A stretch of DNA of 30,634 bases. Origin: an uncultured Thermococci archaeon. Its GTDB lineage: Archaea; Methanobacteriota_B; Thermococci; Methanofastidiosales; NM3. Made by a program: the position numbers and the translations under genes. The notes under the pieces are model-generated. The model made no database searches. It had not been told where the DNA came from and saw nothing but the letters and a program-made list of their open reading frames with translations. Every line of letters begins with the position of its first letter. The stretch's first letter is position 1. The stretch spans positions 1 to 30,634 of the forward strand of contig CAYSZY010000005.1 of NCBI GenBank assembly GCA_964435645.1. The letters run 5' to 3'. Shown piece by piece: positions 1 to 8,296 of this stretch.

Positions 1-2
1 AA

Positions 3-641
3 TGTCCCGGATATTTCTGTTTTGCAGGCTCATGGACCAAGGAGAAGGCCCCTGAAAACTGCCCTATGCTCTTGTACCCCGAAGTGTTCGATAATGCAGT
101 TGATATCGCTCTTGATGAGGATATTAGCTGTATCAATATTCCGGCTGCACTGGTCGAGAAGGAAGGATTTGCAAAGGTCAACGGCAAGAACGCCCCGGTA
201 TACCCCCGAATCAGGGAGATAGTCGAGTTTGCAAAAAAGACCGGCAAGACCCATATAGGGCTCGCGTTCTGCAAGTCTTCCAGCGCCGAAGCATTGCAGA
301 TAGGCAAGATATTTGATTCATTCGGGCTTGAAGTTGATGCAATACTATGCAAGTGCGGCGGTATCGACAAGACTGAGGTTGGCATACCGGCGGACAAGAA
401 GATTAGGCCGCCCGATACTTTCGAGTGCTGCTGCAATCCTCTTATCCAGGCACAGATTCTCAACGACCTCGGTACGGACATCAATATCCTTATCGGGCTG
501 TGCCTCGGCCACGACATGCTGCTAACAAAGTATTCAGATGCCCTGGTGACCACGTTGATTGTCAAGGACAAGGTAACGGGGAATAATCCGCAGGCTGTCT
601 TGTACAATATCTTTGCAAAGCGCGCGTACCTTACGCCATAA
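3..641 (+). CDS. Cys-rich DUF1847-like (putative metal-binding) protein, 5' end truncated by the window edge
   Basis: This frame is open from the window start with no upstream stop and ends TAA at 641. Cys clusters (CKCGG, FECCCNP, LCLGHD) are reminiscent of the DUF1847 family. Family assignment is from memory, not a search. Confidence 0.45.
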   Translation, partial: CPGYFCFAGSWTKEKAPENCPMLLYPEVFDNAVDIALDEDISCINIPAALVEKEGFAKVNGKNAPVYPRIREIVEFAKKTGKTHIGLAFCKSSSAEALQIGKIFDSFGLEVDAILCKCGGIDKTEVGIPADKKIRPPDTFECCCNPLIQAQILNDLGTDINILIGLCLGHDMLLTKYSDALVTTLIVKDKVTGNNPQAVLYNIFAKRAYLTP

Positions 642-649
642 GGGATTAT

Positions 650-692
650 CTACTTTCTTTTTTATTTAATTTAATTTTTTTCCTTATTTCGA
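650..692 (+). terminator. T-rich tract downstream of the DUF1847-like gene (archaeal-type oligo-T terminator candidate)
   Basis: The sequence ctactttcttttttatttaatttaatttttttcc lies immediately 3' of the stop at 641. Confidence 0.3.
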
Positions 693-717
693 TACATATG
701 CTTATAATTATCGCTAG

Positions 718-764
718 TTTTACCAGAAAGCCCACGGTCTTCAGCCGGGGGATGAATTGATTCT
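718..764 (+). repeat. Copy 1 of a ~46-bp hairpin-containing repeat (TTTACCAGAAAGCCCACGGyCTTCAGCCGkGGGrTGAATTGATTCT)
   Basis: Near-identical to 5713-5758 (same orientation) and to the reverse complement of 7111-7153. It contains the inverted repeat CCCACGG-CTTCA-CCGTGGG. Confidence 0.85.
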
Positions 765-1097
765 GTTTACAACTGGGCCCTGTGTTGTCATGATCATCAA
801 ATCTTTTGTTCCAATCATGTGCTCAAGCATCGAGACAGTGGCACCCATCTCTGATTGGCTGAACCCTGATAATGGCAGGATTCCCATAAAGATGCCGTCG
901 CGCACCGGGGATAACGAATAGTAGCGGTACCCGGTAAAATGACCCGTTTTATATGGGACGAGCAACCACTCTTGTCGCATATGCGGGGCGCTTTTTGTAA
1001 ATGGTGTGTTAAAAGTAAAAATAGCCCGATTGGTATCCGGGACACTGTTCGGTGCCCATGATGCGTTTTCGAGCGTCTGACAACTAAAATGTGGCAA
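741..1097 (-). CDS. hypothetical protein (118 aa) downstream of the FKBP gene
   Basis: ORF on the same strand as FKBP, 28 nt after it, with non-repetitive composition. Its last ~8 codons and stop are supplied by repeat copy 1. No family recognised. Confidence 0.25.
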   Translation of the reverse strand: MPHFSCQTLENASWAPNSVPDTNRAIFTFNTPFTKSAPHMRQEWLLVPYKTGHFTGYRYYSLSPVRDGIFMGILPLSGFSQSEMGATVSMLEHMIGTKDLMIMTTQGPVVNRINSSPG

Positions 1098-1124
1098 TCT
1101 GCCCCTGGGAACGGTTCGGCCTCT

Positions 1125-1571
1125 TTATATCACGCTTGGTGACTTCTTTACGATCTCGACTACCTCGACCTCAAAGGTAAGCTCCTCTCCCGCGAGGGGG
1201 TGGTTGCTATCAAGCACGACCTCGCTGTCGGTAAGCTCCTTGACAAAGAACTGGACCGCGTCCTCCTCCGTCTCTCCCACAAGCACGGGCATGCCCTGCT
1301 CGAGCTTGATATCGTCTGGCACCTGGCTGCGCGGTATCCTCTGCACAAACGCCTCGTTGTACACGCCATATGCATCCATTGCACTAATGGTAAACGTCTT
1401 CTTCTCGCCGACTTCCATGCCCTTTATGTTGGAATCGAATCCTTCGATGACGTCCCCGTTGCCGATGGTGAACTGAAGCGGTTCGCCCTCTCGCGAGGTG
1501 TCGAATACTTCTCCATCTACAAGCTTTCCCGTATAATGTACTTTTATGGTATCTCCAAATCTAACTGCCAT
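1125..1571 (-). CDS. FKBP-type peptidyl-prolyl cis-trans isomerase, SlyD-like short archaeal type with insert-in-flap domain
   Basis: 148 aa; the motifs GDTIKVHYTGKLVDGEVFDTS...PLQFTIGNGDVIEGFD...LAGEELTFEVEVVEI are typical of SlyD/FKBP17. Confidence 0.9.
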   Translation of the reverse strand: MAVRFGDTIKVHYTGKLVDGEVFDTSREGEPLQFTIGNGDVIEGFDSNIKGMEVGEKKTFTISAMDAYGVYNEAFVQRIPRSQVPDDIKLEQGMPVLVGETEEDAVQFFVKELTDSEVVLDSNHPLAGEELTFEVEVVEIVKKSPSVI

Positions 1572-1646
1572 ACTTACAACTCAATTCTATTAGTTCTACA
1601 TGAAATTTCAAAGAGGTGTTTAAAAAGTTTCGGCAACGACCGGCGG

Positions 1647-1883
1647 CTAAAGCCAGTTGGCTTGCACTTCCAACACCCTGAAATAGTAGTTGCGATTGCA
1701 GAGGCCCGCGTGGCATCTGGCATAACGCGCCTCCAACGGGCGGCAGTTGCCGATGGGAATGGGGCATATCACCCTTTGGCAATGAGATGTCCGAGTGGGA
1801 TATGTTCCCCCGTCTGGTGCATATCCTCCTACCGGTGCCCGCATGCCGGAAGATACCTTCTTAATGCCATTATCCCTGCTCAC
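1647..1883 (-). CDS. small Cys-rich hypothetical ORF (possible zinc-ribbon-like protein)
   Basis: 78 aa ORF in the 390-bp region between the FKBP and methyltransferase genes. Cys pattern C-x4-C-x6-C-x9-C-x4-C. No homology recognised, so it may be non-coding. Confidence 0.2.
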   Translation of the reverse strand: MSRDNGIKKVSSGMRAPVGGYAPDGGTYPTRTSHCQRVICPIPIGNCRPLEARYARCHAGLCNRNYYFRVLEVQANWL

Positions 1884-1958
1884 GAGAAGACAATAGTACG
1901 GGAAAGTGTTTATTAATTAGTATATAACGTAATTATCATACGCATATTTGGTGAGCAT

Positions 1959-2636
1959 ATGTCAGATGAGAATGCCTGGAACACGTTCACAGCGGGAACG
2001 ACACCCTCAACGGTGGGCATCCACCCTTTTCTCCACCGGCATCTTTTCCCGGGGGCGCGCGTGCTCGATATCGGGTGCGCATGGGGGCGGACGACCCTGG
2101 AGCTTGCAGCATGTGGGTACCGTGTGACCGGTGTCGATGTCAACGAGGCGGAGATTGGGCATGCCCGCGCCCGCTCACACGAGGCCCCGTTGGAGCATCG
2201 GCCCGACTATGTCGTTGCCGACGCATGCTCACTGCCGTTTCCAGACGCTTCCTTTGACGCATGTGTAGCCCAATCATTCCTGACAACCATTACCGATGAG
2301 CACCTGCGCAACGCTGCGCTATCCGAGGCACGCAGGGTCCTTTCATCCGACGGCATCGCCTATTTCGGCGTATTCGGCCGAAGCGATGACAATCCCGTAT
2401 ATCGCGAGCGCTATGACAGGGACTTTTCGTCAACTGGCACATACGGCACGTTTTACGTCACGGGGGACGGCACGCCGTCTGGCAAGGTGCTCTATGCCGC
2501 GCACCACTATTCACGCCATGAGATTATCAAGCTTCTCGGCAGGCACTTTTGCATACGCTCGTTTATCAACACAATGTTTCCCAGCTATCATGGCAACGAG
2601 GCCACGGGATATGTCATACTCGCCACGCGTGAATAG
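1959..2636 (+). CDS. class I SAM-dependent methyltransferase (Methyltransf_11-like)
   Basis: Motif I VLDIGCAWGRTTLELAACGYRVTGVDVNE and motif-II-like DYVVADACSLPF. AT-rich TATA region (tatataacgtaattat) upstream. Confidence 0.85.
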   Translation: MSDENAWNTFTAGTTPSTVGIHPFLHRHLFPGARVLDIGCAWGRTTLELAACGYRVTGVDVNEAEIGHARARSHEAPLEHRPDYVVADACSLPFPDASFDACVAQSFLTTITDEHLRNAALSEARRVLSSDGIAYFGVFGRSDDNPVYRERYDRDFSSTGTYGTFYVTGDGTPSGKVLYAAHHYSRHEIIKLLGRHFCIRSFINTMFPSYHGNEATGYVILATRE

Positions 2637-2677
2637 TGCTGGCGATGCATATTTATATGAGGGAATATACTGATTCC

Positions 2678-5236
2678 ATGGACCGTGAGCAGTATAATTT
2701 TCCTGTAGAATCTTTATTCGAAGAACTTCACACCGGTGCGGAAGGCCTGAGCTCTGCTGACATCCCCGCGCGCCAAGAACGGTACGGGCGCAACGTGCTC
2801 CGTGCGGAAAAGGGCATATCCCCCCTTATGATATTTGCCCAGCAGTTCAAGGATGTCCTTACGCTTATCCTCGTTTTTGCCGCCGTTGTATCACTCGTAA
2901 TCGGGGACCTCTCCGATGCCATCCTCATAGCCATTATTCTCGTGGGAAATGCACTATTGGGATTTATCCAGGAATACAAGGCTGAAAAGTCCCTCGAGTC
3001 CCTAAAGGAATATCTCACACTCGAGACCACGGCCATCCGAGACGGGAAGAAGGTGCGCATTTCTGCCGAGGAGATCGTTCCCGGGGACATCGTTGTCCTT
3101 GAGGCGGGCGACAGCGTGCCGGCCGATGCGCGGATAATTGCCGCGCAGAATCTCATGGTGGACGAGTCGATGCTCACAGGCGAATCCCTCCCTGTCGACA
3201 AGGGCGCCGCGGATATACCTGGCATGGCGCTTGTGGCCGAGCAGACAAACATGATTTTTATGGGGACTGATGTCGTCCGTGGGTCTGTCCGCGCCGTTGT
3301 CGTGGCAACAGGAATGCATACGCAGATCGGATCGATTGCTAGGCTTATCACGCCACGTGAGGAAACATATTTCCAAAAAAAGCTCGACAGCCTCGGCAAG
3401 CTCTTGGGAAAGGCGGTCATCGTCATCGCCGGTATCGTTTTGGTACTAGGCATCTACGACCAGGAACCGGTGTTGGATATGGTGCTTATCGCCCTGAGCC
3501 TCGCCGTGGCCGCAATCCCTGAAGGCCTTCCCGCGGTCGTCACCATAACACTTTCCCTCGGCGTGAGGAAAATGGCGCAGCTCAACGCGGTCATCAAGCG
3601 GCTGCCCGCAGCTGAAACACTCGGCTCCTGTACGGTGATCTGTTCGGATAAGACCGGCACCATCACCAAGAACAAGATGACGGTGCGGAGCCTCTTTTTC
3701 AACAAGGGGGAGATGCCTGCCGATGATGTCATGCTTTCAGACCCTTTGGCCTACCGTGTCCTCGAGGCAGGGGCATGCTGCAACACGGCTTCCCTTGATG
3801 GCCGCATCGGCGACCCCACCGAGCTTGCGCTGCTTGACATCGCCAAGTCTGCGGGATATTCGCCCCATTCGGTCCGAAGGGGTATTATTCCGTTTGACTC
3901 CGACCGGAAGCGCATGTCCGTCGTCTGCGACATCGAGGGCACCCTCGTGCAGTACTGCAAGGGGGCACCTGAAGCGGTGCTTGAGGTCTGTGACAGGATT
4001 ATTGATGATTCGGGCACCAGGCCCCTTACACAGGGCGACAGGGATTCCCTTTTGGCACAAAACGATGTGTATGCGGACAGGGCGCTCAGGGTTCTTGGAT
4101 TCTCGTTTAGGGAGGTGCAGTCGCCGGACGCCCCAGAGGAACATCTCGTTTTTGTCGGGCTCCAGGCGATGATAGACCCGCCCAAGGACGGTGTTGCATC
4201 TGCAGTCTCCACCTGCCACAGGGCCGGCATCAAGGTAGTTATGATTACCGGGGACCATGCTCGGACCGCACAGGCTATCGCTAGGGAGGTCGGCATCTTT
4301 CAAGAAGGGGACCTCATACGTACCGGCCATGATATCGAGGCCATGGAGGAAGGGGAGCTTGAGCGTATCGTATCGCGCGTGTCCATCTTTGCCCGGGTAA
4401 ATCCCGAGCACAAGCTCCGTATTGTCGAGGCGCTGCGTGCAACGGGCCATGTCATAGCAATGACTGGCGATGGCGTCAACGACGCACCTGCACTCCGGAA
4501 CGCGGATATCGGCATCGCCATGAACAGCGGGACGGATGTCTCAAAGGAGGCGGCCGATATGCTGCTGCTCGATGATAACTTCACCACCATCGTTGAGTCC
4601 GTGTCAGAGGGAAGGCATATTTTTGACAACATTCGCAAGTTCGTGCGCTACCTCCTTTCCACTAATTTCGGAGAGGTGTCTACCATCCTCCTTGCAAGCA
4701 TCGTGGGATTTCCCCTGCCGCTTGTCGCGGTCCAGATACTTTGGATTAATCTGCTTACCGACGGCCTGCCCGCACTCTCCCTGGCATTTGAGCCGCGGGA
4801 GCGCTTGACCATGGCCCGCCCCCCGCGCAATCCGAAGGAAAACATCGTGGATCGCTCGATGATGGGCACTATTCTCTACGTTGGCATCATCATGGCGATA
4901 GGTACGCTCTTCCTTTACGACAGGGCCCCAGCGGGCAAGGGTATGACACTGGCGTTCACGACCTTGGTACTCTTTCAGCTTTTCAACGTCTTTAACTGCC
5001 GGTCTTTCTCGGAGTCTATCCTTTCTAGCGGCAAGAATCTCTACCTGTTCGGCGCCGTGGCGCTGTCATTCGTACTCCAGCTCTGCGTTATATACATCGG
5101 GCCGCTCAACGATGTGTTTTATACCGTTCCTCTGGCCTTGGGGGACTGGATGTGGATGAGCGCGGTCGCAGCGTTTGTTGTGGTGGTGGAAGAGGTGAGA
5201 AAACTCGTGTATCGCAGGCGTGCTGCACATGCTTAA
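2678..5236 (+). CDS. cation-transporting P-type ATPase, type IIA (Ca2+-ATPase-like)
   Basis: Motifs DKTGTITKN, TGDGVNDAPAL, PEGLP (TM4) and NFGEV (TM5), plus an N-terminal cation-ATPase_N-like GLSSADIPARQERYGRNVL. The ORF could begin at GTG 2636 or ATG 2645/2657. ATG 2678 was chosen for N-terminal length. Confidence 0.9.
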   Translation: MDREQYNFPVESLFEELHTGAEGLSSADIPARQERYGRNVLRAEKGISPLMIFAQQFKDVLTLILVFAAVVSLVIGDLSDAILIAIILVGNALLGFIQEYKAEKSLESLKEYLTLETTAIRDGKKVRISAEEIVPGDIVVLEAGDSVPADARIIAAQNLMVDESMLTGESLPVDKGAADIPGMALVAEQTNMIFMGTDVVRGSVRAVVVATGMHTQIGSIARLITPREETYFQKKLDSLGKLLGKAVIVIAGIVLVLGIYDQEPVLDMVLIALSLAVAAIPEGLPAVVTITLSLGVRKMAQLNAVIKRLPAAETLGSCTVICSDKTGTITKNKMTVRSLFFNKGEMPADDVMLSDPLAYRVLEAGACCNTASLDGRIGDPTELALLDIAKSAGYSPHSVRRGIIPFDSDRKRMSVVCDIEGTLVQYCKGAPEAVLEVCDRIIDDSGTRPLTQGDRDSLLAQNDVYADRALRVLGFSFREVQSPDAPEEHLVFVGLQAMIDPPKDGVASAVSTCHRAGIKVVMITGDHARTAQAIAREVGIFQEGDLIRTGHDIEAMEEGELERIVSRVSIFARVNPEHKLRIVEALRATGHVIAMTGDGVNDAPALRNADIGIAMNSGTDVSKEAADMLLLDDNFTTIVESVSEGRHIFDNIRKFVRYLLSTNFGEVSTILLASIVGFPLPLVAVQILWINLLTDGLPALSLAFEPRERLTMARPPRNPKENIVDRSMMGTILYVGIIMAIGTLFLYDRAPAGKGMTLAFTTLVLFQLFNVFNCRSFSESILSSGKNLYLFGAVALSFVLQLCVIYIGPLNDVFYTVPLALGDWMWMSAVAAFVVVVEEVRKLVYRRRAAHA

Positions 5237-5712
5237 TAAGGGGGAGATACTACATATCTCCATGGCCACCGAATCGCCCCGGCAGGAAACGACACCGCTT
5301 TGGCGGCTTGTCGTCCTGTATTTGCGGCACATTACCCAACGCCGGTAAGGATGTCCTCGCTGCCCTAATCGCTTTAGCGGGAGCTGGACCAACGTCCTGA
5401 CGAGGGCGCTGTGCATGATATCGTCGTTGGTCTTATCGCGCAGGCCCCCATTACGGGCGGCAGGTCTTCATACGGCGCCATGGCGCTTGTCGCCTCTGAC
5501 GAGGTTCTGGCCGCGCTTGCATACGGAATGCTCGAGTACGAGGGGGGAATCGTGTTTATGGGGTCGCCCTTTGTGGCCGCCATCGTAAATCGGGGCTTCT
5601 TCAGGCGCCGCGCCCCGTATTTTAGGGAGTCTGTGTGCTCGCTTTCCCCGAGCTGCAGCATTACCTTGACTGCGACGGTTCGTCCGGGGATGTTGATCTT
5701 CTTTACGTTTCG

Positions 5713-5758
5713 TTTACCAGAAAGCCCACGGCCTTCAGCCGTGGGGTGAATTGATTCT
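5713..5758 (+). repeat. Copy 2 of the ~46-bp hairpin repeat (perfect 8-bp stem CCCACGGC/GCCGTGGG, 5-nt loop)
   Basis: Direct alignment with copies 1 and 3. It abuts and overlaps the stop codon of alsD. Confidence 0.85.
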
Positions 5759-6554
5759 ACTTACTATTTTCAACATGGTCTAGGCCGCTTCCCGACCCCT
5801 CGTCCAATGGGGCGTCAAGGAACGCATCTGTTTTGATGAGGTTGACTTCGAGATTGTACGTCTCGTCAAGGCCCATCGTTGCGGACGCGACGGTAAAGTC
5901 GAGCACGTGCCCGCCAGTGGTCCTGTCATCCGTAAGGTAGTGGAGATGGAAGTTAGTAACATTGATGCCGCTAGCGTAGTACGGCATCCAGAATCCCACG
6001 ATGGTGCCCTTTGTCTCCCCTATCTCAAACACCACCTGGTCCTTCACAACCTCAAGCAGCGGCGGGTAGGGCCGTACCTGCGCCGGGACGCTTCGTGTCT
6101 TCATGGATGAAAACGTGCCGTCGATGCGGATGGCGTACATGATATTACTTGAAGGGAGAATCGACTCGATATGCGCTTCAACGTCATCCATGGACATCCC
6201 TTCGGAGAGCCCCCCGACAATGTCTGCATCAAAAAACGTGACAGCAGCAAATGGCGTGAACACGTTATCTGGTATGGCGTATGCCACGCCGTCGGTACGC
6301 ACATGGTACGCGCTGCCGCCAAGGAGAATCATCTCCCCGTCAAGCGCCTGGACTGTCCCAAGGCCGAAGTCTCCGTACGTACGCAAAGTCTCAAAGCTCA
6401 TGTCCCCATCGTAGACGCCCTCCAACAGCGCGTCGATGGTCGAGGTCTGGAAGAGCGTGTCATCGTCAATCTGTGTGTCATCACCGGTGATGCATCCTGC
6501 AGAACAAGCCGCAACAAGCATCAGCACGGCCACGATATGCCAAGTTGGTCGCAT
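5757..6554 (-). CDS. alsD: alpha-acetolactate decarboxylase with N-terminal lipoprotein-type signal peptide
   Basis: TSTIDALLEGVYDGDMSFETLRTYGDFGLGTVQALDGEMILLGGSAYHV...FWMPYYASGINVTNFHLHYLTDDRTTGGHVLDF matches the AlsD/BudA family (PF03306). N-terminus MRPTWHIVAVLMLVAACSAGC is a signal peptide plus lipobox. Alternative upstream ATG at 6584. Confidence 0.85.
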   Translation of the reverse strand: MRPTWHIVAVLMLVAACSAGCITGDDTQIDDDTLFQTSTIDALLEGVYDGDMSFETLRTYGDFGLGTVQALDGEMILLGGSAYHVRTDGVAYAIPDNVFTPFAAVTFFDADIVGGLSEGMSMDDVEAHIESILPSSNIMYAIRIDGTFSSMKTRSVPAQVRPYPPLLEVVKDQVVFEIGETKGTIVGFWMPYYASGINVTNFHLHYLTDDRTTGGHVLDFTVASATMGLDETYNLEVNLIKTDAFLDAPLDEGSGSGLDHVENSK

Positions 6555-6555
6555 A

Positions 6556-6950
6556 TTAATCACATGGCATTGTCTTATCTGCACATAAAGGCTTTTTTGC
6601 TACAAATATTACGTTATCCGACTTACTCACACCACAAAAACAATTGGTCATATAGTCGGCATCCCCATCTGCCATATCCCTTTCTATGGCAGCTCGGCCT
6701 TGTATCCTGTGAACTGCTGTAGCTGATAGAATGACCAACTGGTTGGCGTGTAGTTGAACGAGCGAGTGTGCTTTTTGTTGTTTCTGATTCCTGACAGATT
6801 CTCCAATTTTATTACGGCATTTTGTCCTTTTGCCATCTCAACAATCTTTCTGCCCATCCTGTGATTGGTGCAACAGACGATGCGCTGCCCCCCGTCATTT
6901 ATCTTCCTGGGTGCGCTGTGCGTTTCTTCCATCCAGGGCATGCGTCGCAT
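6556..6950 (-). pseudogene. tnpB: degraded C-terminal fragment of a TnpB (IS200/IS605 OrfB) RNA-guided nuclease gene, frameshifted and 5'-truncated
   Basis: 6684-6950 encodes ...NHRMGRKIVEMAKGQNAVIKLENLSGIRNNKKH...SWSFYQLQQFTGYKAE, the hallmark RuvC-II/YKAE region of TnpB. The Zn-finger-like continuation (DYMTNCFCGV...C..C) is in another frame (6556-6738). The N-terminal ~250 codons are absent. Confidence 0.6.
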
Positions 6951-7110
6951 TCTTTATCAGCACCCTTTACCGGTACTTCGGGCACCATATGGGGTGATAC
7001 CCGATGCTAAAGACCACAGTTGACGTTTCGTTCCATACCTGGGGCGAAAAAATAGAGTTGTAACAAGAAAAATAATGCTAGATTGGATATCTGCAATAAA
7101 GTAAACAAAG

Positions 7111-7153
7111 TCAATTCATCCTACGGCTGAAGGCCGTGGATTTTCTGGTAAAT
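7111..7153 (-). repeat. Copy 3 of the ~46-bp hairpin repeat, inverted relative to copies 1 and 2
   Basis: Reverse complement reads TTTACCAGAAAATCCACGGCCTTCAGCCGTAGGATGAATTGAC, with 5 mismatches to copy 2. Confidence 0.8.
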
Positions 7154-7194
7154 CTGGCGTAAAATAATACACATTATGAACACATTATTTCCAT

Positions 7195-7210
7195 AAGGTT
7201 TATAAAGTGC
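7195..7210 (+). promoter_or_regulatory. archaeal BRE/TATA promoter candidate for wtpA
   Basis: aaggTTTATAAAgtg lies about 45 nt upstream of ATG 7252. A GGAGGT Shine-Dalgarno-like site is at 7242-7247. Confidence 0.35.
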
Positions 7211-7251
7211 CTTCTACCGATATGTTTTTAGTAGTATAACGGAGGTATGTT

Positions 7252-8295
7252 ATGATGCATTCAAAAAAATATTTACTACCGTATGTTGTTGTAATACTGA
7301 TGCTCTGCGCGCTTGCGGCAGGTTGTATTTCCTCTGACGATACTGACGGGCCTGATGCCGTAACGCTCAAGGTGCTTCACGCCGGGAGCCTTACTGGGCC
7401 CTTCGAGGAAATAGAGGCTGCCTTTGAGGCTGAATACGACTATATCGATGTACAGCTCGAACCAGCCGGAAGCTCTGCCTGTATCAGGAAGATTACTGAC
7501 ACCGGGATTGAGGCCGATATACTCGCATCTGCCGACTATACGCTCATACCAGCGATGATGATGCCGGACTTTGCGGACTGGTACATCGCGTTTGCCAACA
7601 ATGAGATGGTGCTAACCTACTCAGACAAGAGCGTCTACGCCGATGAGATTACCCCTGAGAACTGGTATGACATCCTGAGGCGCGACGATGTCATCTGGGC
7701 GTTTTCCAACCCCAATCTCGACCCGTGTGGTTACCGGACGCCAATGGTCATCCAGCTTGCAGAGGACTACTACGGAGACGATATGATCTTCGATGACCTT
7801 ATCGGTTCCCAGACTGCTATTTACTGTACTGAGGAAGGCGACAAGATGAATCTTTTCGCACCCGAGGACCTCAATCCAGACACTGCCCACGTTACTATCC
7901 GTGACAAGTCTGTAGAGCTCGTATCTATGGTCCTTGAAGGTGGATTGGACTACGCCTGGGAGTACCTCTCTGTCGCAGAGCAGAACGACCTTCTCTACGT
8001 GTCCCTGCCAAAGGCAATCAATCTGAGCTCAGTGTCTTTTGCAGACGATTACGCATTGGTCACTATCACCACATCGGACGGGAACACGAATGTGGGAAAG
8101 CCGATTGTGTATGGTGTTACCATACCAACAAACGCCCCTAACGCCGAAGAGGCCGCACTCTTTGTAGAGTTTATCATCAATGAATTCGGGCAGAGCGTCT
8201 TTGAGTCCCAGGGACAGCCCCCGCTTGTGCCATCAGTAGCCAGCGATGTGTCTCTCGTCCCGGAATCCCTGCAGGAACTTGTATCAGAGATGTAA
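7252..8295 (+). CDS. wtpA: molybdate/tungstate ABC transporter substrate-binding lipoprotein (WtpA/ModA family)
   Basis: Signal peptide plus lipobox (LCALAAGC), followed by LKVLHAGSLTGPFEE...ADILASADY, typical of archaeal WtpA-type oxyanion-binding proteins. Context is immediately upstream of the permease/ATPase and Moco genes. Confidence 0.8.
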   Translation: MMHSKKYLLPYVVVILMLCALAAGCISSDDTDGPDAVTLKVLHAGSLTGPFEEIEAAFEAEYDYIDVQLEPAGSSACIRKITDTGIEADILASADYTLIPAMMMPDFADWYIAFANNEMVLTYSDKSVYADEITPENWYDILRRDDVIWAFSNPNLDPCGYRTPMVIQLAEDYYGDDMIFDDLIGSQTAIYCTEEGDKMNLFAPEDLNPDTAHVTIRDKSVELVSMVLEGGLDYAWEYLSVAEQNDLLYVSLPKAINLSSVSFADDYALVTITTSDGNTNVGKPIVYGVTIPTNAPNAEEAALFVEFIINEFGQSVFESQGQPPLVPSVASDVSLVPESLQELVSEM

Positions 8296-8296
8296 T

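Larger units (their letters stand above)
5713..7153 (-). mobile_element. putative repeat-bounded cassette/IS remnant: inverted 46-bp repeats flanking alsD plus the TnpB fragment
   Basis: Copies 2 and 3 are in inverted orientation exactly at the borders of a 1.44-kb segment containing a transposon-associated gene remnant and a single cargo gene. Mobility is inferred, not demonstrated. Confidence 0.3.

Noticed and set aside
1641-1680. 13-mer GGCTAAAGCCAGT shared with 27401-27413
   Set aside because: A single short exact match with unrelated flanks. Dozens of 13-mer coincidences are expected in a 30-kb window on two strands.
1200-1916. 238-aa ORF on the + strand
   Set aside because: It lies antisense to the well-supported FKBP gene, with no recognisable motifs. 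This is typical spurious antisense ORF in GC-rich DNA.
2728-4638. Several 100-240-aa ORFs on the - strand (2728-3453, 3737-4450, 3751-4296, 4300-4638)
   Set aside because: All are embedded antisense within the P-type ATPase gene, whose motifs are unambiguous. Their sequences are low-complexity Ser/Arg/Ala-rich.
5713-5758. The 46-bp repeat as a C/D-box sRNA or tRNA fragment
   Set aside because: No RUGAUGA/CUGA box pair and no tRNA T-loop (GTTCRANYC) consensus. Stem mismatches between copies are not compensatory.
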